The notes under the pieces are model-generated. The model had not been told where the DNA came from and made no database searches. It worked only from the letters and a program-made list of their open reading frames with translations. Positions 29,906 to 39,349 of a stretch of DNA of 64,000 nucleotides are shown here, piece after piece. Origin of the DNA: an uncultured Actinomycetes bacterium (GTDB lineage: Bacteria; Actinomycetota; UBA4738; HRBIN12); contig CAVPIB010000001.1 of NCBI GenBank assembly GCA_963704885.1, positions 128,001-192,000 of the forward strand. Direction: 5' to 3'. A program made the translations under genes and the position numbers. Positions within the stretch are counted from its first letter, which is position 1, and every line of letters starts with the position of its first letter.

Positions 29906-31023
29906 GCAAGGTTCGTTTGGCCATCGTCGGCGTGGGCAACTGCGCCTCGTCCCTGGTGCAGGGGCTCGAGTACTACAAGGACGCGAACCCCGAGGACCGC
30001 GTGCCGGGCCTGATGCACGTGGACCTCGGCGGCTACCACGTCGGTGACGTGGAGGTCGTGGCGGCGTTCGACGTCGACGCTAAGAAGGTCGGCAGGGACG
30101 TGTCCGAGGCGATCTTCTCCGAGCCGAACAACACGATCCGGTTCGCGGACGACGTTCCCCCGACGGGCGTCATGGTGCAGCGCGGGCACACGTTAGACGG
30201 CCTGGGCACCTACTACCGCGAGACGATCCAGGAGTCGGAGCAGGAGCCCGTCGACGTGGCGCGGGTGCTGCGCGACGCGGAGGCCGACGTGGTCGTGAGC
30301 TACCTTCCGGTCGGCTCTGAGCAAGCTGCTAGGCACTACGCGCAGGGCGCGATCGACGCCGGCGTCGGATATGTGAACTGCCTGCCGGCCTTCATCGCCT
30401 CCGAGGGCGAGTGGGCGAAGAAGTTCGGCGACGCAGGTGTGCCGATCATCGGCGATGACATCAAGAGCCAGGTCGGCGCGACCATCACGCACAGGGTCCT
30501 GACGAAGCTGTTCGAAGATCGCGGCGTGAAACTCAACCGGACCTACCAGCTGAACTTCGGCGGCAACATGGACTTCATGAACATGCTGGAGCGCGATCGG
30601 CTGACCTCGAAGAAGATCTCGAAGACGCAGTCGGTGCAATCCCAGCTCCGCAGGGAGCTGAACAAGGAGAACATCCACATCGGACCGTCTGACTACGTTC
30701 CGTGGCTCGAGGACCGCAAATGGGCGCAGATCCGTCTGGAGGGCCAGTCGTTCGGCGACGTGCCACTCATCATCGAGATGAAGCTCGAGGTGTGGGACAG
30801 TCCGAACTCGGCCGGCATCGTGATCGATGCGGTGCGCTGCGTGAAGCTGGCGCTCGACCGCAAGATCGCCGGTCCGCTGATCGGACCCAGCGCCTACTTC
30901 ATGAAGTCGCCGCCGGTGCAGTTCTCAGACGACGCGGCGCGAGAGATGGTCGAGGAGTTCATCCAAGGGGTGGGCGAGTCCGCCACCGCCGACTGGACGG
31001 CCTTCTTCGACGTCAGAGCGTAG
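29902..31023 (+). CDS. ino1: Inositol-3-phosphate synthase
   Basis: [51 protein letters not shown]. Confidence 0.97.
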   Translation: MSKVRLAIVGVGNCASSLVQGLEYYKDANPEDRVPGLMHVDLGGYHVGDVEVVAAFDVDAKKVGRDVSEAIFSEPNNTIRFADDVPPTGVMVQRGHTLDGLGTYYRETIQESEQEPVDVARVLRDAEADVVVSYLPVGSEQAARHYAQGAIDAGVGYVNCLPAFIASEGEWAKKFGDAGVPIIGDDIKSQVGATITHRVLTKLFEDRGVKLNRTYQLNFGGNMDFMNMLERDRLTSKKISKTQSVQSQLRRELNKENIHIGPSDYVPWLEDRKWAQIRLEGQSFGDVPLIIEMKLEVWDSPNSAGIVIDAVRCVKLALDRKIAGPLIGPSAYFMKSPPVQFSDDAAREMVEEFIQGVGESATADWTAFFDVRA

Positions 31024-31028
31024 GATCG

Positions 31029-31053
31029 ACCCCAGGACCATCTGGTCCGGGGT
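31029..31053 (+). terminator. GC-rich hairpin after ino1
   Basis: ACCCC(A)GGACCA-TC-TGGTCCGGGGT just after the stop codon; no U-tract. Confidence 0.45.
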
Positions 31054-31088
31054 GCGACCGGACTACACGGATCAACGTCGGGATCGAG

Positions 31089-31105
31089 GGGCCTTGACAA
31101 GGCCC
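31089..31105. promoter_or_regulatory. Palindrome GGGCCTTG-A-CAAGGCCC centred on a TTGACA -35 box
   Basis: TTGACA at 31094-31099 lies inside a perfect 8-bp inverted repeat about 30 nt before the ATG at 31129. Confidence 0.45.
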
Positions 31106-31128
31106 TCCCCGGAAGCCTAGGTCTTCCC

Positions 31129-32340
31129 ATGATGTCGTCGCGAGTGAAGTCGAGAGTATGGCGCACCCTCTCGATCGTGGCGGTCATGACGCTTTCGGCC
31201 TCCTGTGCCAACAACCCAGAGAAGGCCAGCGAGGTCGCTCCCAACCGGAGTAGAGATCGGAACGTCGCTACCAGCACGAGCAGCTTCCTGCCGCCCGCCC
31301 CGTTCGTCACCGATGGATCACTTCTATCCCAAGCGGAACAGGCGTCGGTCAGTCATGAAGTGGCCGCGCCGCTCATGGGCTGGCTGTCGCCTTTGGCGGT
31401 GACGTCGAATGACGGGCAAAGCCTGTTCTACAACTCGTTCGATTGGCTGAAGTCGGTCGATTGGTCGGAGTCGTTCTCAGCGCAGGGCATCGAAACGGGC
31501 GATGCGCTCGGCGTTCCCTCGGTTCGCCGACTGGATCTCTTATCGGGCGGAGATACTCTGGTGGCCGAGGGCGCCTTCTCGGTAGCGTTGCGATCTGACG
31601 GCGCTCTCGCCTGGTTCCAGGGGGACGGATCCGCCTATCGGGCAAACACCCCCTTCGTCGGACGTCTCGTCGTGGACTTAGGTGGTGGTAAGACGGAGGC
31701 GTGGACCGACTCGGGGCGCTATGTAGCAGTGGCCTGGGCTGGAGACACGCTCCTGGCCTACCAGGAGCTCGAGGGCGAGACTCATGACCTTCTCGCTATC
31801 GACGGGCCCAACGACGCACGGGTTCTCCTCCAGGGCGCCGATCTTGTTGCTCTCGATCCGGATGGAACTCAAGCCTTCGTTGCTACTGCGAGCTACCCTC
31901 CGACTGCTTCCATCGTGGACGTTTCTTCGGGAAAGGAGATCGCCTCTCTCGATCTCACCGTCGCAACCGACGGAAACTCTGGTCTTGCCGCTGAACGATT
32001 GGCCTACGCTGGATCCTGGCTGGGCAACTCAGTTGTAGCCGAGTCGGCCGGCGGCCTCACCGTCTTCTCTGTCTCTAGTGGGGTCATCGCGGTGAAACGG
32101 ATCCTCCAGTTCCCCGTGGGCGAGTATCCCTTTCCCCCACACGAACCGAGGTTCGTCGGCGACGAGGAAACGATCGTCCTTTGGCTGCCTGTTCCTGGTC
32201 ACGGAGGCAAGGCCGAAGGTCGTGAGTACGTGTACGCACTCTGCGACGTCAGCAGCCTCGACTGCCAGGTGAGCGCAGAGCTCGGGGACAAGATCCTGAA
32301 CGCTGCCTTCAACCCGAGTCGTCCGGGCGGCGCTGAATGA
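31129..32340 (+). CDS. Hypothetical lipoprotein, probable beta-propeller
   Basis: Lipobox LSASC; beta-rich blade-like segments (ALRSDG.LAW, ALDPDGTQAFV); more A/T-ending codons than its neighbours. Confidence 0.65.
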   Translation: MMSSRVKSRVWRTLSIVAVMTLSASCANNPEKASEVAPNRSRDRNVATSTSSFLPPAPFVTDGSLLSQAEQASVSHEVAAPLMGWLSPLAVTSNDGQSLFYNSFDWLKSVDWSESFSAQGIETGDALGVPSVRRLDLLSGGDTLVAEGAFSVALRSDGALAWFQGDGSAYRANTPFVGRLVVDLGGGKTEAWTDSGRYVAVAWAGDTLLAYQELEGETHDLLAIDGPNDARVLLQGADLVALDPDGTQAFVATASYPPTASIVDVSSGKEIASLDLTVATDGNSGLAAERLAYAGSWLGNSVVAESAGGLTVFSVSSGVIAVKRILQFPVGEYPFPPHEPRFVGDEETIVLWLPVPGHGGKAEGREYVYALCDVSSLDCQVSAELGDKILNAAFNPSRPGGAE

Positions 32341-32996
32341 GGCGGCAACTGCTCCGTCATCGTCAGCCGCGTTCCCTGCTGATCCTGGCTGGCGTGTTAC
32401 TGGCCTCCTCTTTCCTCAACATCCCGCAGGCCATCGCCGCTCGACCCTGTGCGTACTTCGACTTCGACCGCGGCACGAACATCAACTCGACACTCACCTG
32501 GAAGTACGTGAACACGTTCGGGCAATGCACTCTGTCCCATAGCTACCGAGCAGGATCAGGCGACACGACGGATCCTTGTCAGACCAATCACGGGTGGCTG
32601 CCCACTGGCTGGTACGATCTCGCGCCCTCCTACCACCAAAACACCTATTCAGGGTCCGCGATCTGGGGTCGAGTCTGGCGGTTGCAGGACAAGGCATGTT
32701 CCGCTGGGACGTTGCGGACTGAGCTCTTCATCCACTCTGAGCAGACATCGAGCAACGGTCAGGTCTGCACGAGCAGTCCAGACGATCCGCAATGCTGGGA
32801 TGTCACGGCAGCTCCAGGTGGGAGTACTGCAAGTAACGACTACTACTCCAACGGGTGCATCAAGGTCCGCCGGCCAAGCCCCGAGACGAGCGGCATCGCG
32901 GATGATGTATCCAGCATCCATTCAGATTGGCACAACCTCGGTGCCGGCAGCGGCCACGGCGTCGCCTACACGAGTGCGCTCTACGTCCACAACTAG
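32337..32996 (+). CDS. Secreted L,D-transpeptidase-fold (Tlde1/DUF2778-like) protein
   Basis: Signal peptide ending AIA; YRAGSG, GWLPTGWY, RTELFIHS...YYSNGCIKV His/Cys dyad; ATGA overlap with the upstream gene. Confidence 0.7.
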   Translation: MRRQLLRHRQPRSLLILAGVLLASSFLNIPQAIAARPCAYFDFDRGTNINSTLTWKYVNTFGQCTLSHSYRAGSGDTTDPCQTNHGWLPTGWYDLAPSYHQNTYSGSAIWGRVWRLQDKACSAGTLRTELFIHSEQTSSNGQVCTSSPDDPQCWDVTAAPGGSTASNDYYSNGCIKVRRPSPETSGIADDVSSIHSDWHNLGAGSGHGVAYTSALYVHN

Positions 32997-33176
32997 CACT
33001 TGACGCAGCCGCCCCAACGAGTCGGGTCATTCAGCTCCTGCGGTGCGATCTGCACCGTCGCTCGATAGCTGAGGGTAGGCGCCGATCTGAACTGTGGCGT
33101 GCGTGGATCTTCGCGTCTGGTGCTGTGCGCGAATGTGCAAGAGCTCGTTCGACCGACAGGTCATACGATGCCAACC

Positions 33177-34664
33177 ATGGCGCAGCCGGGAACACTCGAA
33201 CGCACTCGGGGCGCTCTTCGCAGTCCCGACTTCAGGAGACTGCTCTGGATACGGCTGCTCGGTCAGTTCGGCGACGGACTCTTCCAGGTGTCGCTGATCG
33301 CGTCGATCGTATTCTCTCCGGACGAGAGGAGCACCACGGCGGGCTTGTTCAAAGCCACCATGGTCGTGGCGCTTCCCTACTCGGTGATCGGTCCGTTCAC
33401 GGGCGTCTTCATCGACCGGTGGCGGCGCCGTAGGATCCTCACGATCGCGCCACTGATCAAGGCCGCTCTGGTCTGGCTGGTGCTGTTCGACGCGGTGCGG
33501 TTGCCGGTCCCGTTCTATGTCGGAGCCCTGCTCGTACTGTCCGTGAACCGGTTCCACCTGGCCACGGCGCAGGCGGTCGTCCCCAGACTGGTCCCCGCCC
33601 AGGACCTGCTGATGGCCAACTCGATCGCGACGGTGGGCGGCACCGTAGCCCTGCTCTCGGGGATATTCCTGGGCGGGAAGGTTGCCGACGCCTTCGGCTC
33701 GTTGGCGACCGTTGCCGGTGCAGGAGCGCTCTGGATGATCGTCTCGATCATCGGCTCGAGGATCGGCTCCGACCTGGCTCCGCACACCCTGCCCGAAGAT
33801 CCGGAGCTCCTCCACCACGAACTGAGGCGCGTGGCCTCGGAGTTCCGTGACGGCATCTCCCGCCTGTGGCACGCACCTCGCGCGGTGGGACCCATCACCT
33901 CGATAACGCTCGACCAGATCGGGCAGGGTGTGATGCTCACACTCTCGTTGGTGGTGTTCCGGGATCGGTTCGGAGGCGGCGTGGGCTCGTTCTCCAACCT
34001 GATCGGGGCAGGCGGCGTCGGCGTGTTCCTGGGGATACTCACGATCGGCCCGCTCGAGGACCGTTTCGCCAAGGAGCGGATCGTGTCCGGAGCCTTCCTG
34101 ATCGGAGGCGTGGCCGTGCTCGCCGTCTCGTTCGTTATCACCGCATGGAGCGTCCTGCTTGCAAGCTTCGCCGTGGGGCTAACGTTCGCCTGGAAGAAGA
34201 TCCCCATCGACACCATGGTCCAGGAGGCCCTGCCAGACGGGTTCCGAGGCCGCGTATTCGCCGCCTACGACGTCGCCTACAACATGGCGCGACTGATCGC
34301 CTCTGCGATCGCGATCCCGTTGCTTCCACTCTTGGGCGTGGGCGGCTCGCTCGCAGTGATCGGGATCGTGTTCCTGCTGTGGGCGCCCGTGCTTCCCAGA
34401 TGGATCGGCCGAACGCCGGCGCTCGTGATCCGCTTCCACGAGGGAGCCAAGGCTGAGGAGTGGCCGAGAGCTGTCGTCTGGGGCGGGGTAGAGGAGCCGG
34501 TCGACGTGGTGCGTTCCTGGCGGGAGGAACGTGACGGCGTGCGTCTGGCGCGCTTCCGACTGGCGCTGCAGGACGGCTCGCTCTTGGACGTGGTGAAGAC
34601 CGAGCCCGACGGCGACTGGAAGATCGACCGGGAGGCCGAGGACGGGGCGGCGGCGCACGCCTAG
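33177..34664 (+). CDS. MFS transporter (Rv0037c-like) with an extra C-terminal soluble domain
   Basis: LLGQFGDGLFQ, LPYSVIGPFTGVFIDRWRRR, DTMVQ...FRGRVFAAYD; TACGAT -10 just before ATG 33177. Confidence 0.88.
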   Translation: MAQPGTLERTRGALRSPDFRRLLWIRLLGQFGDGLFQVSLIASIVFSPDERSTTAGLFKATMVVALPYSVIGPFTGVFIDRWRRRRILTIAPLIKAALVWLVLFDAVRLPVPFYVGALLVLSVNRFHLATAQAVVPRLVPAQDLLMANSIATVGGTVALLSGIFLGGKVADAFGSLATVAGAGALWMIVSIIGSRIGSDLAPHTLPEDPELLHHELRRVASEFRDGISRLWHAPRAVGPITSITLDQIGQGVMLTLSLVVFRDRFGGGVGSFSNLIGAGGVGVFLGILTIGPLEDRFAKERIVSGAFLIGGVAVLAVSFVITAWSVLLASFAVGLTFAWKKIPIDTMVQEALPDGFRGRVFAAYDVAYNMARLIASAIAIPLLPLLGVGGSLAVIGIVFLLWAPVLPRWIGRTPALVIRFHEGAKAEEWPRAVVWGGVEEPVDVVRSWREERDGVRLARFRLALQDGSLLDVVKTEPDGDWKIDREAEDGAAAHA

Positions 34665-34688
34665 ACGCAAGATGGTTGACGCGCGAGC

Positions 34689-35972
34689 TTAGGTACTCAG
34701 CGGCGACACCAGCTCGGCCTCGGCGAACGCCTCGACCGGCCGGCCCTCTGTCATCCGCTGCCACCACAACGCACCGGCGCCGGCGAGGCACGCGGCGATA
34801 GCGCCCATCGCGAATCCCGCTCGGGCGCCCGATAGCTCGGCCAGCCATCCGACGATGATCGCGCCCACGGGGGTGCTTCCCAGGAAGACCATGCCGTATA
34901 GGGCCATCACCCGGCCTCTCATCTCAGACCGGGATGCCAGCTGCAGCATGGAGTTGCCGGTGATGATGAAGACCATGATCGTGAGGCCGAGCGGCACCAT
35001 GGACGCGTAGGCCGACAGGAGGGTGGGGGCTATGGCCGTGAGCGCCAAAGCGGCCCCCGATGCGAGCGCGAAGATCCCCAGACGTTGCAGGTTCGGAGCC
35101 TTGCCTCGTGCGCTTGCCCGGTTCGCCATGACGAGTGCGCCGACGAACGAGCCCAGCCCGGCGAGGGCGGACATGATCCCGAACGTCTCGGCGGTGCCGT
35201 CGAACGTCTGCTTGGCCAGCAGAGGTACCAGCACGGCGAAGTTGAACGACAGGGTGAAGACGATCGTCATCACCAGCAGCGGCCGGCGGAGCTCGGGGGA
35301 CTCCCACACGTAACGGAACCCCTCGCTGATGCCGGCACGATCTCCTGACGCACGCTCCTGCGGATGGAGGTCGCGGGTCCGCATGGCCAGCAACGCGCCG
35401 ATCACCGCGATGTAGGAGATCCCGTCCAGCAGGAAGCACAGGGCCGTTCCGCCCGCCGCGATCAGGATGCCCGCGAGCGCCGGACCCAGGATCCGCGTCC
35501 CCGTGAACACCGCGCCGTTCAGGCTGACCGCGTTCGTCAGGTCCTTCTCACCGACCAGCTCCATGAAGAAGCTCTGTCGCGTGGGGTTGTCGAGGGCCGT
35601 CACGATGCCGGCTCCCAACGAGAGCGTGTAGACCATCCAGAGCTGGACGACGTCGGTCTGCACCAGCGCGAACAGCGTGAGCGCGAGCACCGCGTACGCG
35701 ATCTGGGTGCCGACCAGGATCCTCCGTTTGTCGAACCGGTCGGCCATCAGGCCGCCGAAGGCCCCGACCAGCAGGATCGGCAGGAACGTGAGCGCCGTGT
35801 TCACGCCCAGGGCCACCCCGCTCTTCGTGATCGTGAGCACCAGCCAGGCCGAGGCCGTGGCGTTCACCCAGGTTCCGGTGACCGAAACGAGCTGTCCGAT
35901 GAAGTAGAGGCGGAAGTTCCTGTTACTCATCGAATGGAACGTGCGGTGCATGGCCAGGCCGACGCGGGTCAC
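34689..35972 (-). CDS. MFS transporter (MFS_3 type)
   Basis: NRNFRLYFIGQLVS..GTW, GLMADRFDKRR, DNPTRQSF, MRGRVMALY. Confidence 0.92.
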   Translation of the reverse strand: MTRVGLAMHRTFHSMSNRNFRLYFIGQLVSVTGTWVNATASAWLVLTITKSGVALGVNTALTFLPILLVGAFGGLMADRFDKRRILVGTQIAYAVLALTLFALVQTDVVQLWMVYTLSLGAGIVTALDNPTRQSFFMELVGEKDLTNAVSLNGAVFTGTRILGPALAGILIAAGGTALCFLLDGISYIAVIGALLAMRTRDLHPQERASGDRAGISEGFRYVWESPELRRPLLVMTIVFTLSFNFAVLVPLLAKQTFDGTAETFGIMSALAGLGSFVGALVMANRASARGKAPNLQRLGIFALASGAALALTAIAPTLLSAYASMVPLGLTIMVFIITGNSMLQLASRSEMRGRVMALYGMVFLGSTPVGAIIVGWLAELSGARAGFAMGAIAACLAGAGALWWQRMTEGRPVEAFAEAELVSPLST

Positions 35973-36412
35973 GACTTGACCTCCATCAGCCGCTCCAATA
36001 TGCCGACCGCGCGCGCGAGAGTGGCCTGGTCCTCGGCGGGAAGGCGCTTGATCCGCTTGGCCAGGAACTCATCCTTCCGTCGACGTGCCCGATGCAGCAC
36101 GCGTCGCCCATTCGCCGATAGCTGGAGCCAGACGAGCCGCCCGTCGAGCGGATCGGACGTGCGCACGACGAGGTCCTTGGCCGCCAGTACACCTATCAGG
36201 CGTGTCGCTGTGGGTTTGCGCACCTGTTCGTGAGCCGCCAGGTCGCTGGCCGTCAATGGGCCGTGCCGTTCCACGGTGGCGATCGCCGACAGGAGCGTGG
36301 GTGTGACGCTCACGTCGGCTTCTCGGCGGAGCCTGCGCGCCAGCCGGGTCACGCCGATACGCAGCCGTGAGGCGAGCTCGGCCAGGTCGACGGTGGGCGG
36401 CGCGGTGGGCAT
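35969..36412 (-). CDS. MarR family transcriptional regulator
   Basis: RLARRLRR, LAAHEQVRKPTATR, DPLDGR. Confidence 0.9.
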   Translation of the reverse strand: MPTAPPTVDLAELASRLRIGVTRLARRLRREADVSVTPTLLSAIATVERHGPLTASDLAAHEQVRKPTATRLIGVLAAKDLVVRTSDPLDGRLVWLQLSANGRRVLHRARRRKDEFLAKRIKRLPAEDQATLARAVGILERLMEVKS

Positions 36413-36420
36413 ACCTCGAT

Positions 36421-36443
36421 GATAGTTCACTAGGCTAACTATC
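36421..36443. promoter_or_regulatory. GATAGTT-N9-AACTATC palindrome, probable MarR operator
   Basis: Inverted repeat immediately upstream of the marR start codon. Confidence 0.65.
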
Positions 36444-36509
36444 GTCACGGAGCCCTCTTCGACACGGATGGCGGCCTGCCCTCAGCTAGAGGACTAAGGT
36501 GGGAGCGAG

Positions 36510-37124
36510 ATGTCGCACGCCGCCCATCCGCCCCCCGGCCGGAGGCGCCCCCTGATGATCGCGGGCGTGATCGGAGCCGCGCTGCTGGCCCTCACGGCAG
36601 GGATGTTGCTCGCCAACCCCGGCGGCGGGGGCGAGGGCTCGCCGAGCGCCGCGGCCACGTCGAACGGCTCGGGCGCCCCTTCGCCCGCCCCCGCAGAGAC
36701 GCCCTCGCCCACCCAGACCCCCTCGCCACCACCACCGGCTCTGCCCGATGGCCGCCATTTCGTGTACGTGAAGAAGCTCAGTGGCACACCCCCGACGGCG
36801 ACCATGAAGTTCGATCTGGCGGAGTTCCTCACCGGGGAGGAGGCCGCTCAGGCCGCGGCCGAGCATGGCGACGAGTCGCCACCTCCGAACGACTACTACA
36901 TCGTGAACGACAACCCGAAGTTGAGGACCATGCCCCTCGCGCCCGGTGTGACCATCAGGGCGATCGACTGGACGAACTGCTGCGAGTTGACCGACGTGCC
37001 CTACACGGATTGGGCCGCCTCGCTCAAGACGCCGACCGATGCTCTGCACGGGACGGCGACCCAGTACTGGATCGAGGTGGCCGACGGCGTGATCGTGGCG
37101 ATCGAGGAACAGTACCTTCCCTGA
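36510..37124 (+). CDS. Membrane-anchored exported hypothetical protein
   Basis: N-terminal TM, Pro/Ser linker, compact domain ending IEEQYLP; coding-like GC3. Confidence 0.75.
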   Translation: MSHAAHPPPGRRRPLMIAGVIGAALLALTAGMLLANPGGGGEGSPSAAATSNGSGAPSPAPAETPSPTQTPSPPPPALPDGRHFVYVKKLSGTPPTATMKFDLAEFLTGEEAAQAAAEHGDESPPPNDYYIVNDNPKLRTMPLAPGVTIRAIDWTNCCELTDVPYTDWAASLKTPTDALHGTATQYWIEVADGVIVAIEEQYLP

Positions 37125-37167
37125 GCGGGTCGTAGGTACCCGGCCAGGTCGGGCGTAGGGTCGTTCC

Positions 37168-37374
37168 GTGGATCACTCCACCCATGAGCCGGGAACCGTG
37201 GCGGACTGTCCCGAGTGCCGAACGATCTCTTACGAGCCTGCCTGGTACAAGGCGCTGCGCGAAGAGCGCCTATCGGGTCAACGTCCCGTCGTGATCCCTG
37301 ACCTGCCGGCACGGCCCGACCTGGAGGTCGTGCTGCCAGATCTCGAACACCTCGGTCTGGACGACGAGGAGTAG
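37168..37374 (+). CDS. Small hypothetical protein with His and CxxC
   Basis: TAGGGT -10 six nt before GTG (leaderless pattern); fills the intergenic space. Confidence 0.6.
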   Translation: MDHSTHEPGTVADCPECRTISYEPAWYKALREERLSGQRPVVIPDLPARPDLEVVLPDLEHLGLDDEE

Positions 37375-37428
37375 GCCGACGATCTGCCTTCGCCTGAACA
37401 TCCGTGCACGACGCGCCTAGGCCGTCGT

Positions 37429-37995
37429 CTAGATGAACAGCGAGACGGACGCTTCCTTCATCTCGAGGAGAGCGGTGGCGGCGCCGATCGGCTCCTCGAG
37501 CCCGTCGATCAGATCGTCGGCGGTGAGACCCATCAGATCCATGGTCATCTGACAAGGGATGAGCCGCACGCCGAGATCGCGCGCGGTCTCCAGCAGCTCC
37601 ACCGGTTGCGGTGTGCCGTAGTCCTTCGCGAGCTTCTTCATCATGGCGTCGCCCGCACCGGCGAAATGCAGCTTGGAGAGCTTGGCTTTGGCCGGGTTGC
37701 CGGGGTTCATGATCGACAGACCCTTCTGCATCCAGTTGTCCCCGGTGACGCGCACGCCGTCCTTCACGAGCGCGAAGAGCCCCCAGAACGTGAAGAAGAC
37801 GCTGACCTCCATCCCGCTCGCGGCGGCCGTGGTCGACAGGATCAGCGTCGGCCAGATGCGATCGAGGTCGCCGCCCCAGGCGATGATCGTCAGCTTGTTC
37901 TTCTGTTCGATGCGCTTGCCTTGGGCTTGTTCCAGCGCCTCCAGGCGTGCGTACAGATCCGCCAGTTCCAGCTCGGTCGCGGTCGTCGCGCCCAT
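37429..37995 (-). CDS. DsrE/DsrF/DrsH-like (DsrE2-type) sulfur relay protein
   Basis: GDLD, AAASGMEVSVFFTFWGL, LSKLHFAGAG, CQMTMDLMG. Confidence 0.9.
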   Translation of the reverse strand: MGATTATELELADLYARLEALEQAQGKRIEQKNKLTIIAWGGDLDRIWPTLILSTTAAASGMEVSVFFTFWGLFALVKDGVRVTGDNWMQKGLSIMNPGNPAKAKLSKLHFAGAGDAMMKKLAKDYGTPQPVELLETARDLGVRLIPCQMTMDLMGLTADDLIDGLEEPIGAATALLEMKEASVSLFI

Positions 37996-37997
37996 GT

Positions 37998-38231
37998 TCA
38001 GGCTTTCCTGACCACGTACCGAAACGTCCCGTCGTCGAGGGTCTCGGCCTCCAGCAGCTCGTTGCCGCTGATCGTGGACCAGCTGGGGACGTCGGAGCGC
38101 GAACCGGGGTCGGTGGCGAGCAACTCGAGCAGGTCGCCGTGCTCGGCGTCTTTCAGCGCCTTGGCCAGCGTGACTAGCGGTCCAGGGCACGACTGGCCTT
38201 TGGCGTCGACGGTGCGGGTTATGACATCCAT
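37998..38231 (-). CDS. tusA: TusA family sulfurtransferase
   Basis: VDAKGQSCPGP, LATDPGS..DVPSW. Confidence 0.92.
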   Translation of the reverse strand: MDVITRTVDAKGQSCPGPLVTLAKALKDAEHGDLLELLATDPGSRSDVPSWSTISGNELLEAETLDDGTFRYVVRKA

Positions 38232-38297
38232 CAGGAGGAACCTCCAGGAGGGTCGAGTGAGGGGTAGTGCGGGCGGCGCGCGGGTGCGAGGCCGTCC

Positions 38298-38369
38298 CTA
38301 TCGGCGGGGACAGCAGATGCGGTCGGGGATCATGGCCGCCACGGTGCCGAGTTCGCGTGTGCAGATCAT
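38298..38369 (-). CDS. 23-aa Cys-containing leader peptide MICTRELGTVAAMIPDRICCPRR
   Basis: Lies between a consensus promoter and tusA; has tandem Cys codons near its 3' end; below the ORF-track cutoff. Confidence 0.65.
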   Translation of the reverse strand: MICTRELGTVAAMIPDRICCPRR

Positions 38370-38382
38370 TTGCAGGTGCAAC

Positions 38383-38411
38383 AGCCTACCGGGACTCGCC
38401 GTATCGGACAA
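38383..38411 (-). promoter_or_regulatory. Sigma-70-type promoter of leader peptide-tusA-dsrE
   Basis: Minus strand TTGTCC-N17-TAGGCT. Confidence 0.65.
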
Positions 38412-38438
38412 GCCCGAAAGGGATAAAGGGCTCTGACG

Positions 38439-39299
38439 CTATCCGGAGGGCAGAGCGGGGGTCGAAAGACAGCCGCTCGAGCTCCCCAGCACCCGAAGTC
38501 CCTCCAGATCTCCCGGACCGAGGTCGGTCACGCCGCCGCCCGAGGGTTCCATCAGCTCGCCCTGCGCCTTGAAGTGGCCCAGACCCAACACGTGCGCCAG
38601 CTCGTGCAGAACGACCGGCCCCTGCGATCCCGGCGACGCGAAGCCCGGGGGATTCGGATCCGCCGCATTGATCGCCACGACTCCGCTCACGTAGATGTTC
38701 TCTCCTGAGTTGGGGGCGAGCGGCCCCGCCACACCGGCCGCTTCCTGCCCGTCCACCACGAACTTGATGCTGCTGGTCCGAGGATCGACCCACCCGATCA
38801 GCACCGGCGCCCAGCGATCGCCGTAGCGCTCCGGTTGATACACATCACGATCGAGTGTGGGCGACTCGTCGCTCAAACCCTCGTAGACGAACGCGATCCC
38901 GGTGGCATCGGTCAGCCGCAGTGCGGCGTCCTGAACGTCCCGCAAGGAGCCGGCCGGCGCCGCCCCCAGGTTGACCACGTAGTGGATCGCCTCACACGGG
39001 TTCCAGCGGACCGGATCGCCGGCGTGGGACGCCATGAAGGTGAACTCCTTGCTCTTGCCGCGCGCCTCCCATGCCCGCAGCGCCGGAGCGATCGCCGTCC
39101 CCAGCAGGATGACGCTCGCGAGCACGAGGGAGACCACTCCCGCGACCCGCGAACGAGTGGGCGAACGGAAGAAGTCCCGCCCCAGCGCGTGATCGGGAAC
39201 ATCCGGGAACGTGTCGACCAGATCAGGACGGACGGGGGGTGGCAGCGGTTGCCGTACGTCGGACGGGGGGTGCTGCATCTCCTTAAGGTCGGCTCGCAT
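38439..39299 (-). CDS. Matrixin-like (metzincin) membrane-anchored metalloprotease
   Basis: PVRWNPC, HELAHVLGLGH, Met-turn ELM, LGPGDLEGL. Confidence 0.88.
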   Translation of the reverse strand: MRADLKEMQHPPSDVRQPLPPPVRPDLVDTFPDVPDHALGRDFFRSPTRSRVAGVVSLVLASVILLGTAIAPALRAWEARGKSKEFTFMASHAGDPVRWNPCEAIHYVVNLGAAPAGSLRDVQDAALRLTDATGIAFVYEGLSDESPTLDRDVYQPERYGDRWAPVLIGWVDPRTSSIKFVVDGQEAAGVAGPLAPNSGENIYVSGVVAINAADPNPPGFASPGSQGPVVLHELAHVLGLGHFKAQGELMEPSGGGVTDLGPGDLEGLRVLGSSSGCLSTPALPSG

Positions 39300-39349
39300 C
39301 GGCCCGAACCTTATCCGGCAGGTCGGTGGGTGGGAGATAGGCTACGTCG

